From Fidelibacterota bacterium (GTDB taxonomy: Bacteria; Fidelibacterota; Fidelibacteria; Fidelibacterales; Fidelibacteraceae), in NCBI GenBank assembly GCA_034520235.1, contig JAXHNS010000002.1, positions 144,045 through 208,044 on the forward strand: 64,000 nucleotides of DNA. Reading direction: 5' to 3'. The notes beneath the pieces are model-generated. The model was not told the DNA's origin. It was given only the letters and a program-made list of their open reading frames with translations, and did no database searches. Within the stretch, counting starts at the first letter, position 1, and each line of letters begins with the position of its first letter. Below are positions 9,866 to 21,885 of the stretch, piece after piece. Both the position numbers and the translations under genes were made by a program.

Positions 9866-11133
9866 TGTCCTAAAATAGTTGACAGATTAAGCTGCATAAA
9901 ATACACTGTCGGGGGTATGGTAATTTAGTGCCATATGCAGACGTTTTTGATTGTAAATCCTAATAGAGTCACGTACTAATTTATGCGCTATTGTTTTAGA
10001 GCGCAAGGTTTGCCCAAGTAAAATTCATCTTTGAGTATACCGTTTACGCGCTCTGCCAGTGCATTCTCATAAACATGATCCTCTTCTGTCATGCTGATGC
10101 TTACACCGTGATTCCGAAGCATATCCGTATACGCTTTGCTACAGTATTGTATACCCCGGTCTGAGTGATGGATCAGCGTTTGCGGGTTCTTGACATGCTT
10201 AAGTGACATTTTTAATGCCTTGAGGCTTCCTTCCACACTCAGACTTTCGCTCAGGTTATATCCCACGATCTTGCGCGAGTAATGGTCGGTCGCCAAGGAT
10301 CCGTGTGTAAAACCCTCGAGGAGGTATCGATGTAGGTGATATCAGATGCATATACCTGCGCCGAACGCCGTATTTCTAGGTCATTTGATGGGATGCGGAA
10401 TGATATCACGAAACCGTGCAGCGAGTTGCGCCGTCTGTATGATATGCACGGTGTCTTTCTGCCAGCATCCTCTTTGGCCCTTAGCATGTCAAACAAACGG
10501 TCACGGCCGATGTCTATTCCTTGGCTGCTCAGCATGTCTCTTAAGCTTTCTGCTGCCGGCCCGAGGCTGTGTTCTACGAATGTTTTTCACAGCGGCGACG
10601 GCCAGTTCTTCTTTCTGTACGGCGAGCCCGCTCCAGCTGCCTGTGCCGATGGCGTAACCTTGACCGGCTATAACCGGAATACCCGCATATTTGGCCTATG
10701 TTGAAGCGTATTTTCTCTTTGCTCATTCGTTTTCTGCCTTCTTCGATGCTTTTATACCAGAGGTGTTTTTAATGTCTATCCCCGTATGCCTTCTCCGCTG
10801 CCTGGTGGTCGACTTCCAGCAGAATCCAGATAAATGCGACTTCGCTAATGCCGCCTCCAACTGCTTCTTCTCTAACTCTAATTTCTTGATCTTGTCCAGC
10901 TCATTGCGCTTTTCACATAAACCACCTTCCGATCAAATGATCTTTCCCAAAGATTATGCAGCCACTTATATATACCGGCTACACTAATATCATACATTCG
11001 GGCCGCCTCTGCAATACGTAATGTGCCTTCCTAGATATCTTTGACAACTTGCTGTTTAAAGGCTTCGCTGTAACGATACATCTTCATGGTTGACATCGCT
11101 TTCTCCTTCTTTGTGTCAACCTATTTCAGGACG
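9866..11133 (-). mobile_element. IS3-family insertion sequence inside the CheB/CheR hybrid gene
   Basis: Imperfect terminal inverted repeats: TGTCCTAAAATAGTTGACA at 9866-9884, and CGTCCTGAAATAGGTTGACA as the reverse complement of 11114-11133. The host frame stops before and resumes after the element. The length of about 1.27 kb fits IS3. Confidence 0.75.
9988..11087 (-). pseudogene. IS3-family transposase OrfA/OrfB, multiply disrupted
   Basis: OrfA-like start MKMYRYSEAFKQQVVKDI at 11087. The integrase core is in pieces: ASDITYIDT..., HHSDRGIQYCSKAYTDMLRNHGVSISMTEEDHVYENALAERVNGILKDEFYLGK. Several stops and frame changes lie between them. Confidence 0.7.
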
Positions 11134-14100
11134 GGGCACTGTTAAAACTGTTGATAATATACAAACCCTTGCCGACCAGATATTACTGCAACGCTTTGCC
11201 CCTGCCAGCGTGCTGGTAAACACGGAAGGCGATATTTTATATATTACAGGCAAAACCGGTAAGTATTTAGAACCTGCTGCCGGAAAAGCAAACTTGAATA
11301 TTTACGCCATGGCGCGCGAAGGCTTGAGTCACGAACTTCCGGGCGCAATACGTAAGGCAAAACAAAATTACGAACCTGTAATAGTTGCATCATGTTAAAA
11401 TCGGGACCAACGGCGGCAGTCAAATTGTGGACCTTACGCTTCAATTAATTGAAAAGCCCGAAGCCATTAAAGGTACAATTATGGTTGTTTTTAATGATGT
11501 TACGAATATTCCAAACCCAACAAACAGAAAATCAAAAACTGCAAACCAGGACAAAACTGCTCGTGAGCATGAATTAGAACTTGAATTACAAGTCGCTAAC
11601 GAAGAATTACAAAGCACACATGAAGAAATGCAAACCACGCAGGAAGAATTAAAATCGACTAACGAAGAGATGCAATCCACCAACGAAGAATTACAATCCG
11701 CCAACGAGGAGCTTACCACATCGAAAGAAGAAATGCAAAGCCTGAATGAAGAATTGCAAACCGTAAATATTGAGTTGCAAAGCAAAATAGCTGATTACAG
11801 GGATGCTAACAACGACATGAAAAATCTTTTAAACAGCACCGATATTGCCACCTTGTTTCTGGACAAAGAATTAAACATTCGCCGCTTTACCGACCAATTA
11901 AATTCATTATTCAAATTACGGCAAACCGATATTGGCAGACCTTTTACGGACTTGGTAACAGATTTGCAATATCCTGACATTAAAGAACATGCCAATGAAG
12001 TACTGGAACCCTTGTATTTAAAGAAACCGATGTTTCAACCCACGATCAACGTTGGTTTAAAGTGCGAATAATGCCATACCGAACTTTCGACGACCACATT
12101 GACGGATTCGTAATAACATTTATTGATATTACCAAAGCCAAAAAATGGAAGCAGAATTAGCCATTGTCAATAAAGAAAAAGAAAAAGCTGATTCTGATTT
12201 GATTACTGCCGACAAAGAAGTTGACTTTCTGCGCCGGGAGAAAGAAAAACTTGAAGTCGAATTAAAAAGGCAATTAAGCTATTAAAAGAGCATAATCTCT
12301 ACAAGCCATGAAAAAGAAAAAAGACAATGCAACCGATGCTGCATCGCTTCGCCAAAAAGCAGAAGCGCATTAAAAAAGCAGCAATCAAAAACAGGTTCAG
12401 TTTCGTCAGAAGCCGATAAGCTAAAACTAATCCACGAATTGGAAGTGCATCAGATTGAACTGGAAATGCAAAACGAAGAGCTTGTGATTGCAAAAGAAAA
12501 GGCAGAAATTGCAGAAGAAAAATACACAGAATTGTATGACTTTGCACCCTCCGGCTATCTTTCACTTACCAAAGACGGTAAAATTACAGAACTTAATTTT
12601 GCTGCCGCCAAAATGCTTGGCAAAGAACGCTTGCGTTTGCAAAAGCAGTTTGTTTGGTTTTTTTATTTCCGCCGAAACTAAACCAGCCTACAACCGATTC
12701 CTCGAAAAAGTATTTAGCAGCAAGGCCAAAAAAAACCTGCGAAGTAACAATCACAGGCAAGTGGCCATCCTACCATACATGTCATCTTTAGCGGCGTCTG
12801 CCAGCGAAATCGATGCAGTACTGCATGCTGACTGCGATCAGACATTACGGACCGCAAGCACGTTGCAGAGGAATGCACTGGAAAACGAAGAAAACATATC
12901 GGACATCTGGTCAACGAGTACCGTTACAGGCGCTGTGATAATCGCTACAATCAGATACCGGTAATATTACCTATGCAAACAATCAGGCCGAACACATGAC
13001 TTGCTGGGAATAAGCGGATATAGCTCAACCACCTATGACTGCTCCATGATGGATACACGACTGATCTTGACTGATACCCATTTACAAAGAAGACTAGGCT
13101 TAGCGATATTGTTCAGAACAACTTTCAAAAGCTGTTTGAAAGGTGACAACATTCGGCATAACAAACTGGCCATCGAATGGTAGTCTTGTCAGATGGCACA
13201 GTTAAACGGGCTGCCCCGTATTCCTAAAGGACCGAATAATGGCGAATTGAACCTGGTATCGCTTGCTTCTGTCATGGACATCACCGAGCGCAAGCGGGCC
13301 AAGAGAAGCCGTGGCCACACCAAAACGATTCATGACAGAAGCCGAGGATACTGGCTGAATATCGGGTAGTTCTGGTACAATCGGATATCCCAAAAACGAT
13401 AGTTGGCGTTATGTCGGACAGGCTGGCAAAAAATTCACGGAATTGCTGAATATATCAGCACTGTCCACACAGCATCTCCTGTTACATCGCTACACCCTGA
13501 AGACACAGAGAACTATTGAAGAAGGCTTTTACTAGGGCTGGCAAAAATATTGTCCTTATGACCTTGAACATCGCATTGCCAGGCATACCGACGACGAAAC
13601 CAGATATATCACTGCCAGAGGTTTGGCTGATGTTTGATGCATGACGGGCAAACCACACAGACCCTGGTACGGTGCCGTTCAGGACATCACCGAACGTAAG
13701 AAGGCCGAAGAAGCGCTGCGCGAAGAGCGAAAAGCATAAGTGCATTGCCTGGCTCAAACCGCATTTGAACTGGTTGAACTTACTTCCATTCAGGAAATCT
13801 ATAAATACACCGTTCAGGAAACTTTTACGAATTACTTCAAGGGCCATTCGATCGTTGCTTTGGTGGAATATAATCATGAGTGAAAACCGCTGGAAAATGG
13901 AGCAGATTAGAAGGTGCTTGGCAAAAAAACTCACTGAACTTTCCGGGCTTCTCGGATTTGACATCAACAACCTGGAAGGCGATATCTCCACAAAATATTC
14001 TGAACCAGATCACCGGCGGCAAAGTAGACAGAAGTTGATTTTGACTTTCCCGGGCTTTTTCAATAACAAACTATCGGCCGCCGTCGGCAGCGCTGTCAAA

Positions 14101-15863
14101 AAGATGTTTTCTGATCGAAAAGTTGTATTGTATTACCTTTCAACAGGACGAACAGATCAGCGGCAATATCACGTTCATCACCAGTAAAAAAACCGGAACC
14201 GATCAACACCAAGCTGATCGAAGCATTTTATTCAGCAGGTCAGCCACCTATCGTAAAAAAACAGAAAAGCCGAAGAAGCCTACTGGAAAGCGAAGAAAAA
14301 TACCGCCGCATTGCAAATAATGTAACTGATGTTGTCTGGGTTACCGATTCTGAAGAAATGAACCCGACCTACATAAGCCCTTTTACCGTCGAACGGGTTT
14401 TTTCGGTGTTAAATCTGAAGGATGTCTAAAACTTCCGATTAGCAAAACTTATCCTCCGGCATCGCTTGAAAAGCTTCGAAAAAAACTTTAACTGAAGAAT
14501 TCGCGAAAGAACAGGACCCGAAAGCAGATAAAAACCGGATTTTTCGATTGGAAGTTGAACGCTATTATGCTGATGGAACTATTGGCTGGGACGCAATAAG
14601 TGCTAATTTCATACGTCGATGAACAAGACGATCCCATTGCAATCCGGGGAGTATCGCGGGATATCACTGCTCGTAAGCAAGCGGAACAGGAATTAATCAA
14701 AGCGAAAGAAAAAGCAGAAGAATCAGATCGATTTCTTAAATCCGCCTTTCTTGCAATATGACGGTGATGAAATACGCACCCGAATGAATGGTATTCTCGG
14801 TTTTACCGACCTTCTTCTGAATTACCCGATTCAGTCAGTGCATTGACCAAAGAGAAAGCTTTGTTAAAATCGTTCACCAAAGCGGGCAACGCATGTTAAA
14901 CACGGTAAACAATATTATTGAAATCTCAAAAGTTGAAGCCGGAATGATAACAGGTTGATAAAAAAGAAACCGACATTAATCAAAGGCTGGATGGATTAAT
15001 CACCGGTTTTTCCAGCTTGAAGCAGAGGAAAAAGGGGCTGAAACTAATTTTGGAGAAGTTGTTGCCGCCAGAGAAAAATAGTATTATAACCGACCAGAAC
15101 GGATTCGATTCCATTCTTACCGACCTCATTAAAAATGCTGTGAATCTATCACGAAACAGGGACAATTACCATTGGTTGCAGGTTCAGAAGGCAGCGAGCT
15201 TAGAGTTTATATAAAAGATACGGGAATAGGAATTTCGGCACATGGCCACGAGGCTGTTTTTAACCGGTTTGAACAAGCCGATATTGCCGACACAGGTGCT
15301 ATTCAAGGTTCCGGCTTAGGCCTTGCTATTTCCAAAGCGTACGTTGAAATACTGGGTGGAAATATGTGGTTCAGAAAGCGAAGAAGGGAAAGGCTCGAAC
15401 ATTTTATTTCACCTTACCTGCCGAAAATAATGTGAAAGAAAGGTCCAATCCGAAAAAGAAATATCCTTTGAAAGCGAAAAGGCAAAATCCAAAGTTAAAG
15501 CATTGAAAATACTTATTGTTGAAGACGATGAGGCATCACGATATTATATTTCGCTAATTGTTAATGATGTTGGCTCTGAAATTTTAGAAGCAGAAACCGG
15601 TACTGATGCCATTGAACTTTGCCGCAACAATAAAGACATTGATTTAATTTTTAATGGATATAAAAATGCCGGGAATGGATGGCTACGAAGCAACCCGCCG
15701 CATAAGGGAATTTAATAAAGAGGTTGTCATCGTTGCACAAACAGCATATGGCCTAACGGGAGACAGGGAAAAAGCTATCGAATCGGGATGTAACGATTAT
15801 ATTGCTAAGCCCGTTAACATAGATGATCTGTTTGCATTAATTCACAAATATTTTCGTAAATAA
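11134..15863 (+). pseudogene. 3' part of the CheB-CheR-PAS-kinase-receiver hybrid gene (many frame breaks)
   Basis: The pieces, in order:
- PAS-like LLQRFAPASVLVNTEGDILYITGKTGKYLEPAAG
- heptad coiled coil ELQSTHEEMQTTQEELKSTNEEMQSTNEELQSANEEL...
- further PAS segments, each ending in DITERKRAEEAL-type linkers
- HisKA FLANM..IRT.MNGILGFTDLL near 14750-14820
- HATPase DTGIGIS..., QGSGLGLAISKAYVEILGG
- receiver MKILIVEDDEASRYYI...MPGMDGYEATRRIR...KPVNIDDLFALI, ending at 15863. Confidence 0.8.
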
Positions 15864-16140
15864 TTCAGCGTAAAAAGACAATTAAACGACAGAAAACAAA
15901 GCACGTGGCTATGGCATTTTAAATAAAGTGATGACGGTTTGACAGGTAATCGCCGCGCAATCGGCAACCTTACATAACACTAAACGTTATATGAAATAGA
16001 GGTTTAATGGGAATAAATAAGGCTAAACAAGTTATAAATAATTGAATGTTAGGAAAATACGGAGGATTTGATATTATTAAACTAATAATGAAAAAAATTG
16101 TAGTCCTCCCATAATTGAGAGTAATTAAAAGTAGACTTTA

Positions 16141-16265
16141 AGCCACCCCAAGCGCCATTCTTGGAGGATAGCCGTTATTGGTTTTATGCGGCCGTTCATT
16201 ATTATACGTCCATAACCATTCATAACGTGACGTCCTGACCTTCCGCCATTTCCCCCAATTATTTC
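16141..16265 (-). pseudogene. C-terminal remnant of a DDE (integrase-core) transposase
   Basis: The minus strand reads ...RYEWLWTYNNERPHKTNNGYPPRMALGVA*, the conserved YNxxRPH tail of IS3/IS481-type transposases. Nothing upstream of it is recognisable. Confidence 0.5.
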
Positions 16266-16349
16266 TTTATTGAACTTTGAAATTTACAAAACAGGAGGTT
16301 ATTATCAAACAATTATTACAAAGCTAACACATGGTTTTTATTCTCTTCC

Positions 16350-16685
16350 CCGGGCGGCTTTTTTATGTCATATATTATCGTGGCAAAGTATGCGCTGCCC
16401 AAAAACTGACCAAAAAACGACCATACCTATCATAATTGCCCATATTTTGCCTGTTTTGGCTATATTTTGATAAAAATGTCCCTAAATAATAAACCCTGTA
16501 AATGTTTGTTTACAGGGCAGTTAAGTGTGGCTCCGGCCGGAATCGAACCAGCGACACAGGGATTTTCAGTACTCTGTTCACTGCTGATAATCAGTAAGTT
16601 ACAAGACGAGGCGCCCGAAAACTGCCCGGTGTTTAAAATGGCTTTTTAAAGGCCTTAAAGTTGAGTATTAATGCGGGTTTTGGGG
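16350..16685 (-). repeat. copy 1 of the tRNA-Phe 3'-half repeat (left arm + 43-nt tRNA core + right arm)
   Basis: 16528-16570 is identical to tRNA-Phe from the discriminator base to the anticodon loop. The flanks on both sides match copy 2 (20817-21151). The left arm and core match copy 3 (23952-24172). Confidence 0.85.
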
Positions 16686-16864
16686 TCTGCACTTCTAGGA
16701 CTTGGTGAAAACAAGGTTTATGTGAACTGAGGTTTGGTCTTTGAAAAAATAAACTGTTTTTCCATTATTAAAGTTAAAGTTTAATACAACAATTGCTATA
16801 TAATTTATTGTTATCACACATTTTTTTTATTAAACTATTTTGTAAACAATAAATAAGGATAAGG

Positions 16865-19800
16865 GTGAAAGCCATGCTGAAAAAATCATTCATTCTAGGG
16901 TCAGTATTATCTTTTTGTGTCAGCATTTTAATTGCACAAACAGCTGAAATACCAACAGACGGTGACGGCTCTTCGGAAAATCCATATCAAATTGCAAGTT
17001 TAGCCAATCTGCGTTGGCTTAGTGAGAACTCCGATAAGTGGGCTTCGGGTATCTATTTTATTCAAACGGCTGATATTGATGCATCCGAGACTCAAGCCTG
17101 GAACGACAGCACCGGCTTCTCGCCGATAGGGAATAACGATACCAAGTTTCTGGGGAATTATCTGGGCAACGGACATACAATAACCGGGCTTTATATTAAT
17201 CGCCCGACAAGCAATTATATAGGTTTATTTGGATATATGGGATCAGATGCCAAAATTAGCGATTTGGGTCTGATTGATGCTAATATTAACGGTCAAGTTT
17301 TGGTCGCTAGCCTGATAGGAATTAATGCTGGTAGCGTATATAACTGCTATTCAAGTGGTTCGGTTACTGGAAAAAGGAATATCGGCGGCCTGATAGCAAG
17401 TAATAGTGGCACTATATCAAACTGCTATGCCAGCGGGTCGGTTTCCGGAACGGGAGACTATATCGGCGGCCTGATAGCAAGTAATAGTGGCACTATATCA
17501 AACTGCTATTCAAGTGGGTCGGTTACTGGGACGCACATGATCGGCGGCCTGATAGGGTATAATCGTGGCACTATATCAAACTGTTATTCAAGTGGGTCGG
17601 TTACTGGAGAAAGCAATATCGGCGGCCTGATAGGTTATAGTGGTGGTGGTGGTGCAATAACCCCCTGTTTTTGGGATAATACGGTCAACTCCGGGTTAGA
17701 TGGAGTAGGAGATGGACCTAGCGGTGATCAAGTTTTTGGTAAAACAACGGCCGAGATGCAAACAGAAAGCACGTATACTGATGCAGGCTGGAACTTTATG
17801 GCAAACAATGACACCTATAACGAAGGTGAATACTGGTATATTTTCGACAGCAGCTATCCGGCTCTCGCATGGCAGGTCATTCAAACGGTAAGCACATTGA
17901 TTGCAACTGATGTTACTGAGACTACAGCAACTCTCAATGGCAGACTTTTTGCCAACGGCTACGCTACCACTGTTGAATTTGAATGGGGAACGACAAGACT
18001 TTACGGAAATACGGTTGATATGGGAAGCTATGGTGCATCTGACTATGTAGATATAAGTACCTAAATTTCGGGACTGACAAAAAATACGTTATACCATTAC
18101 CGTATAAAAGCCACACATACCGACGGTTCTGAAATTAAAACAGCCTATGGTGCCAATAAAATATTTTCAATTACCCCCAGTGGTGACGGCTCTTTGGAAA
18201 GTCCATATCAAATTGCAAGTTTAGCCAATCTGCGCTGGCTCAGTGAAAACTCCGATAAGTGGGCTTGGTATATCTATTTTATTCAAACGGCTGATATTGA
18301 TGCTTCCGAAACTCAAGCCTGGAACGACAGCACCGGTTTCTCGCCGATAGGGAATGATAATACTAGCTTCAAGGGTAACTATAATGGTAACGGACATACC
18401 ATCACCAAACTTTATATCAATCGTCCGACAAGCGATTATATAGGATTATTCGGATATATGAGTTCAGGTGAACTTAGCAATTTGGGACTGATCGATGTTA
18501 ATATTACAGGTCGAGACAAAACTGGCGGCCTGATAGGATATAATCATTACAGCAGATTATCAAACTGCTATTCAAGTGGTTCGGTTACTGGAGAAAGCAA
18601 TATCGGCGGCCTGATAGGTTATATTAATCATAACAGCAGATTATCAAACTGCTATTCAAGTGGTTCGGTTACTGGAGAAAGCAATATCGGCGGCCTGATA
18701 GGTTATATTAATTATAGCAGCCTATTATCAAACTGTTATTCAAGTGGGTCGGTTACTGGAGAAAGCAATATCGGCGGCCTGATAGGTTATAGTGGTGGTG
18801 GTGGTGCAATAACCCCCTGTTTTTGGGATAATACGGTCAACTCCGGGTTAGATGGAGTAGGAGATGGACCTAGCGGTGATCAAGTTTTTGGTAAAACAAC
18901 GGCCGAGATGCAAACAGAAAGCACGTATACTGATGTAGGCTGGAACTTTATGGCAAACAATGACACCTATAACGAAGGTGAATACTGGTATATTTTCGAC
19001 AGCAGCTATCCGGCTCTCGCATGGCAGGTCATTCAAACGGTAAGCACATTGATTGCAACTGATGTTACTGAGACTACAGCAACTCTCAATGGCAGACTTT
19101 TTGCCAACGGCTACGCTACCACTGTTGAATTTGAATGGGGAACGACAGACTCTTACGGAAATACGGTTGATATGGGAAGCTATGGTGCATCTGACTATGT
19201 AGATATAAGTACCTCAATTTCCGGACTGACAAAAAATACGTTATACCATTACCGTATAAAAGCCACACATACCGACGGTTCTGAAATTAAAACAGCCTAT
19301 GGTGCCAATAAAATATTTTGTATCGAAACTCCGCCGATTACACCCAGTGCTGGTGACGGCTCTTCGGAAAATCCATATCAAATTGCAAGTTTAGCCAATC
19401 TGCGCTGGCTCAGTGAAAACTCCGATAAGTGGGCTGATGGCATATATTTTATTCAAACGGCTGATATTGATGCTTCCGAGACCCAAGCTTGGAACAATGG
19501 TGCCGCCTTCTCGCCGATAGGGAATGATAATACTAGCTTCAAGGGTAACTATAATGGTAACGGACATACCATCACCAAACTTTATATCAATCGTCCGACA
19601 AGCGATTATATAGGATTATTCGGATATATGAGTTCAGGTGAACTTAGCAATTTGGGCCTAATCGGTGTTAATATTATAGGTGATATATATATCGGCGGCC
19701 TGATAGGAGCTGCTGATAATAATGGTGCTGTATCAAACTGCTATTCAAGTGGGTCGGTTACTGGGACGCACATGATCGGCGGCCTGATAGGAGGTAATAT

Positions 19801-20782
19801 TAGCACTATATCGAACTGCTATGCCAGCGGCTCGGTTTCCGGAACGGGAGACTATATCGGCGGCCTGATAGGATATAATCATAGCAGCAGCGTATCAAAC
19901 TGCTATTCTAGCGGGTCAGTTTCCGGAACGGGAGACTATATCGGTGGCTTATTAGGGAAGGTGTCTAGTGGTACAATAACCGCCTGTTTTTGGGATAATA
20001 CGGTCAATTCGGGTTTAAATGGAGTGGGAGATGGATATAGCGGTGATCAAGTTATCGGAAAAACAACGACCGAGATGCAAACAGAAAGCACATATACTAA
20101 TGCAGGCTGGAACTTTGTAGAAATATGGGGCTTGCATAATACAATAAATGATGGTTACCCACATCTTTTTTGGCAATTACCCTTGCCAAGAATAAAAATT
20201 GATTCTATTGAAAATATAACAATAGCCTCTGTAGATATCATTGGTGATTTGTTATACCTTGGCTTTCCACACCCTAGTCAGCACGGCTTCTGCTGGAACA
20301 CGGAAGGCGATCCGACACTGGAGGATGATTTCATTGAATTGGGAGCGCCTGATTCAACTGGCGTATTCACTGCACAGATCACGGGACTAACCCCGAACAC
20401 CCTTTATTATATCCGGACTTATGCAACAAATGAAGCGGGAACAGGGTACAGTGAGGTCATCTCTTTTACTACGCTGGAAACCGCAATCGCTGAGGGTATC
20501 CCCTTAAGCTATGCCTTGTCTCAAAACTACCCAAACCCCTTCAACCCGACGACCACCCTGCAATACGGCCTCCTAGAAGCATCAGACATAGATCTAACAA
20601 TCTTTGATGTAACGGGCCGTAAGATAAAAAGCTGGCATATCAACAACCAACAACCCGGCTGGCACGAAGTAAAATGGGACGGTACAAATCAGTCCGGACA
20701 GCAAGTTTCGACCGGTGTTTATATTTACACTTTACAAGCCGGAGATTTTGTTGCTACGAAGAAAATGGTTTTTATGAAGTAG
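16865..20782 (+). pseudogene. GLUG-repeat surface protein with T9SS C-terminal sorting domain; one 1306-codon frame interrupted by a single in-frame TAA at 18062-18064
   Basis: The features, in order:
- signal peptide MKAMLKKSFILGSVLSFCVSILIAQT
- three tandem modules, each PYQIASLANLRWLSENSDKWA...FIQTADIDASETQAWN, followed by repeated NIGGLIGY....SNCYSSGSVTG (GLUG-type) units and an Fn3-like segment
- C-terminus SQNYPNPFNPTTTLQY...GVYIYTLQAGDFVATKKMVFMK

ORFs 16865-18064 and 18194-20782 are in the same frame. The paralogous codon in module 2 is TCA. Confidence 0.75.
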
Positions 20783-20805
20783 CCACTCTCCCCTATTCTC
20801 AATAG

Positions 20806-20832
20806 AGCCGCCTTTTCCGGGCGGCTTTTTTA
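20806..20832 (+). terminator. intrinsic terminator of the GLUG adhesin gene
   Basis: AGCCGCC-ttttccg-GGCGGCT followed by TTTTTT. Its 3' arm is the first sequence of repeat copy 2. Confidence 0.65.
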
Positions 20833-21151
20833 TGTCATATATTATCGTGGCAAAGTATGCACTGACCAAAAAGTGACCAAAAAACGACCATCACTATCAT
20901 AATTGCCCATTTTTCGCCTGTTTTGGCTATATTTTGATAAAAATGTCCCTAAATAACAAACCCTGTAAATGTTTGTTTACAGGGTAGTTAAGAGTGGCTC
21001 CGGCCGGAATCGAACCAGCGACACAGGGATTTTCAGTACTCTGTTCACCTCTGATAATCAGTAAGTTACAGAGGTAGGTACCCAAAAACTGCCCGGTGTT
21101 TAAAATGGCTCTTTAAATGCCTTAAAGTTGAGTATTAATGCGGGTTTTGGG
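20817..21151 (-). repeat. copy 2 of the tRNA-Phe 3'-half repeat
   Basis: 20995-21037 matches the tRNA-Phe 3' part. Both flanks are shared with copy 1. Confidence 0.85.
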
Positions 21152-21195
21152 CTGTTGTTTGATTGGTGGATAGGAATCGTTTTTATGCCCTCCCC

Positions 21196-21834
21196 CTAGA
21201 AATTATAGCTAAAACCAATATTTAATCTAATTGTCGGAAGGCCGGGTTTTAGTTCAAATTTAGCAATTAAGGGAATATTAAATCTTTCATCAAAATCATA
21301 CTCTATGCCTATAGGAAAAGCTATAGTTGGGTACACAGAATCATTTATTGCAATAATAATACCTGTGCCAACACCCCAAAAGAAATTCATTTCATTTTTA
21401 GTAATATTATAATGCCATTTATGCATTAATAATATATCGATACAGTTATGCATCCCCCCACGCCAACGATACTGTGCATAATGATAACCTGCACTAGCTT
21501 CTAAACTCTTGCCTTGTTTGTAGGCATATCTATAATTTATACTAGGCTCAAATGTCGTACTATAACAACAAGTATAACAACAAGTAGCATAATACAATCT
21601 CCCTATTTGCAAACCAACTCCATTTTTTTTAGCAAATTTGTATTTGTTTTCTTTTTTCGTCACTTTTTTTATTTCACTAACCTTATAAACAAAAACACTC
21701 CCACCCTCTTCTAAAATTTTAATGGACTCATTTGGAATATGTTCAATAATTGTTCCTGTGATTATTGTTCCATCATGAAGGTAAATGACGTCTTCTGCTT
21801 TATTTTTAGCGAATAATAGCACGGCTGAGAACAA
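21196..21834 (-). CDS. outer-membrane beta-barrel-like protein with a small N-terminal domain
   Basis: 212-aa ORF whose N-terminus is hydrophobic. It has DVIYLHDGTIITGTIIEHIPNESIKILEEGGSVFVYKVSEIKKVTKKE, then alternating aromatic/glycine strands ending in ...LNIGFSYNF (terminal Phe, typical of OMP barrels). Confidence 0.5.
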   Translation of the reverse strand: MFSAVLLFAKNKAEDVIYLHDGTIITGTIIEHIPNESIKILEEGGSVFVYKVSEIKKVTKKENKYKFAKKNGVGLQIGRLYYATCCYTCCYSTTFEPSINYRYAYKQGKSLEASAGYHYAQYRWRGGMHNCIDILLMHKWHYNITKNEMNFFWGVGTGIIIAINDSVYPTIAFPIGIEYDFDERFNIPLIAKFELKPGLPTIRLNIGFSYNF

Positions 21835-21885
21835 TATAAATGTAATTCAGTAAGTATTTTTTCAAGGTCTTCTCCCTAAATATAG

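Noticed and set aside
11570-11790. 21-nt periodicity (GAAGAAATGCAA...ACGAAGAATTACAA) that suggests a tandem DNA repeat.
   Set aside because: It encodes the heptad coiled coil (NEE(L/M)QS(T/A))n. As far as I recall, this is a conserved feature of CheB/CheR-PAS sensor kinases.
16270-16470. Near-identical small ORFs inside the repeat arms (16270-16470, 23872-24075, 16467-16649, 24104-24340).
   Set aside because: They are conserved only because the repeat is conserved. They run through a terminator hairpin and the tRNA gene, and have no start context or family resemblance.
16528-16570. Partial tRNA-Phe sequences at 16528-16570 and 20995-21037, considered as extra tRNA genes.
   Set aside because: Only the discriminator-to-anticodon-loop part is present. 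The sequence beyond it cannot form a D-arm or an acceptor 5' strand. They are att-type remnants, not genes.
17577-19319. Highly regular nucleotide repeats in 17.0-20.0 kb, considered as a CRISPR or other non-coding tandem array.
   Set aside because: The repeats are in-frame coding modules of the GLUG adhesin, with periods of 1152 bp and about 60-75 bp (the GLUG units). There is no repeat-spacer architecture.
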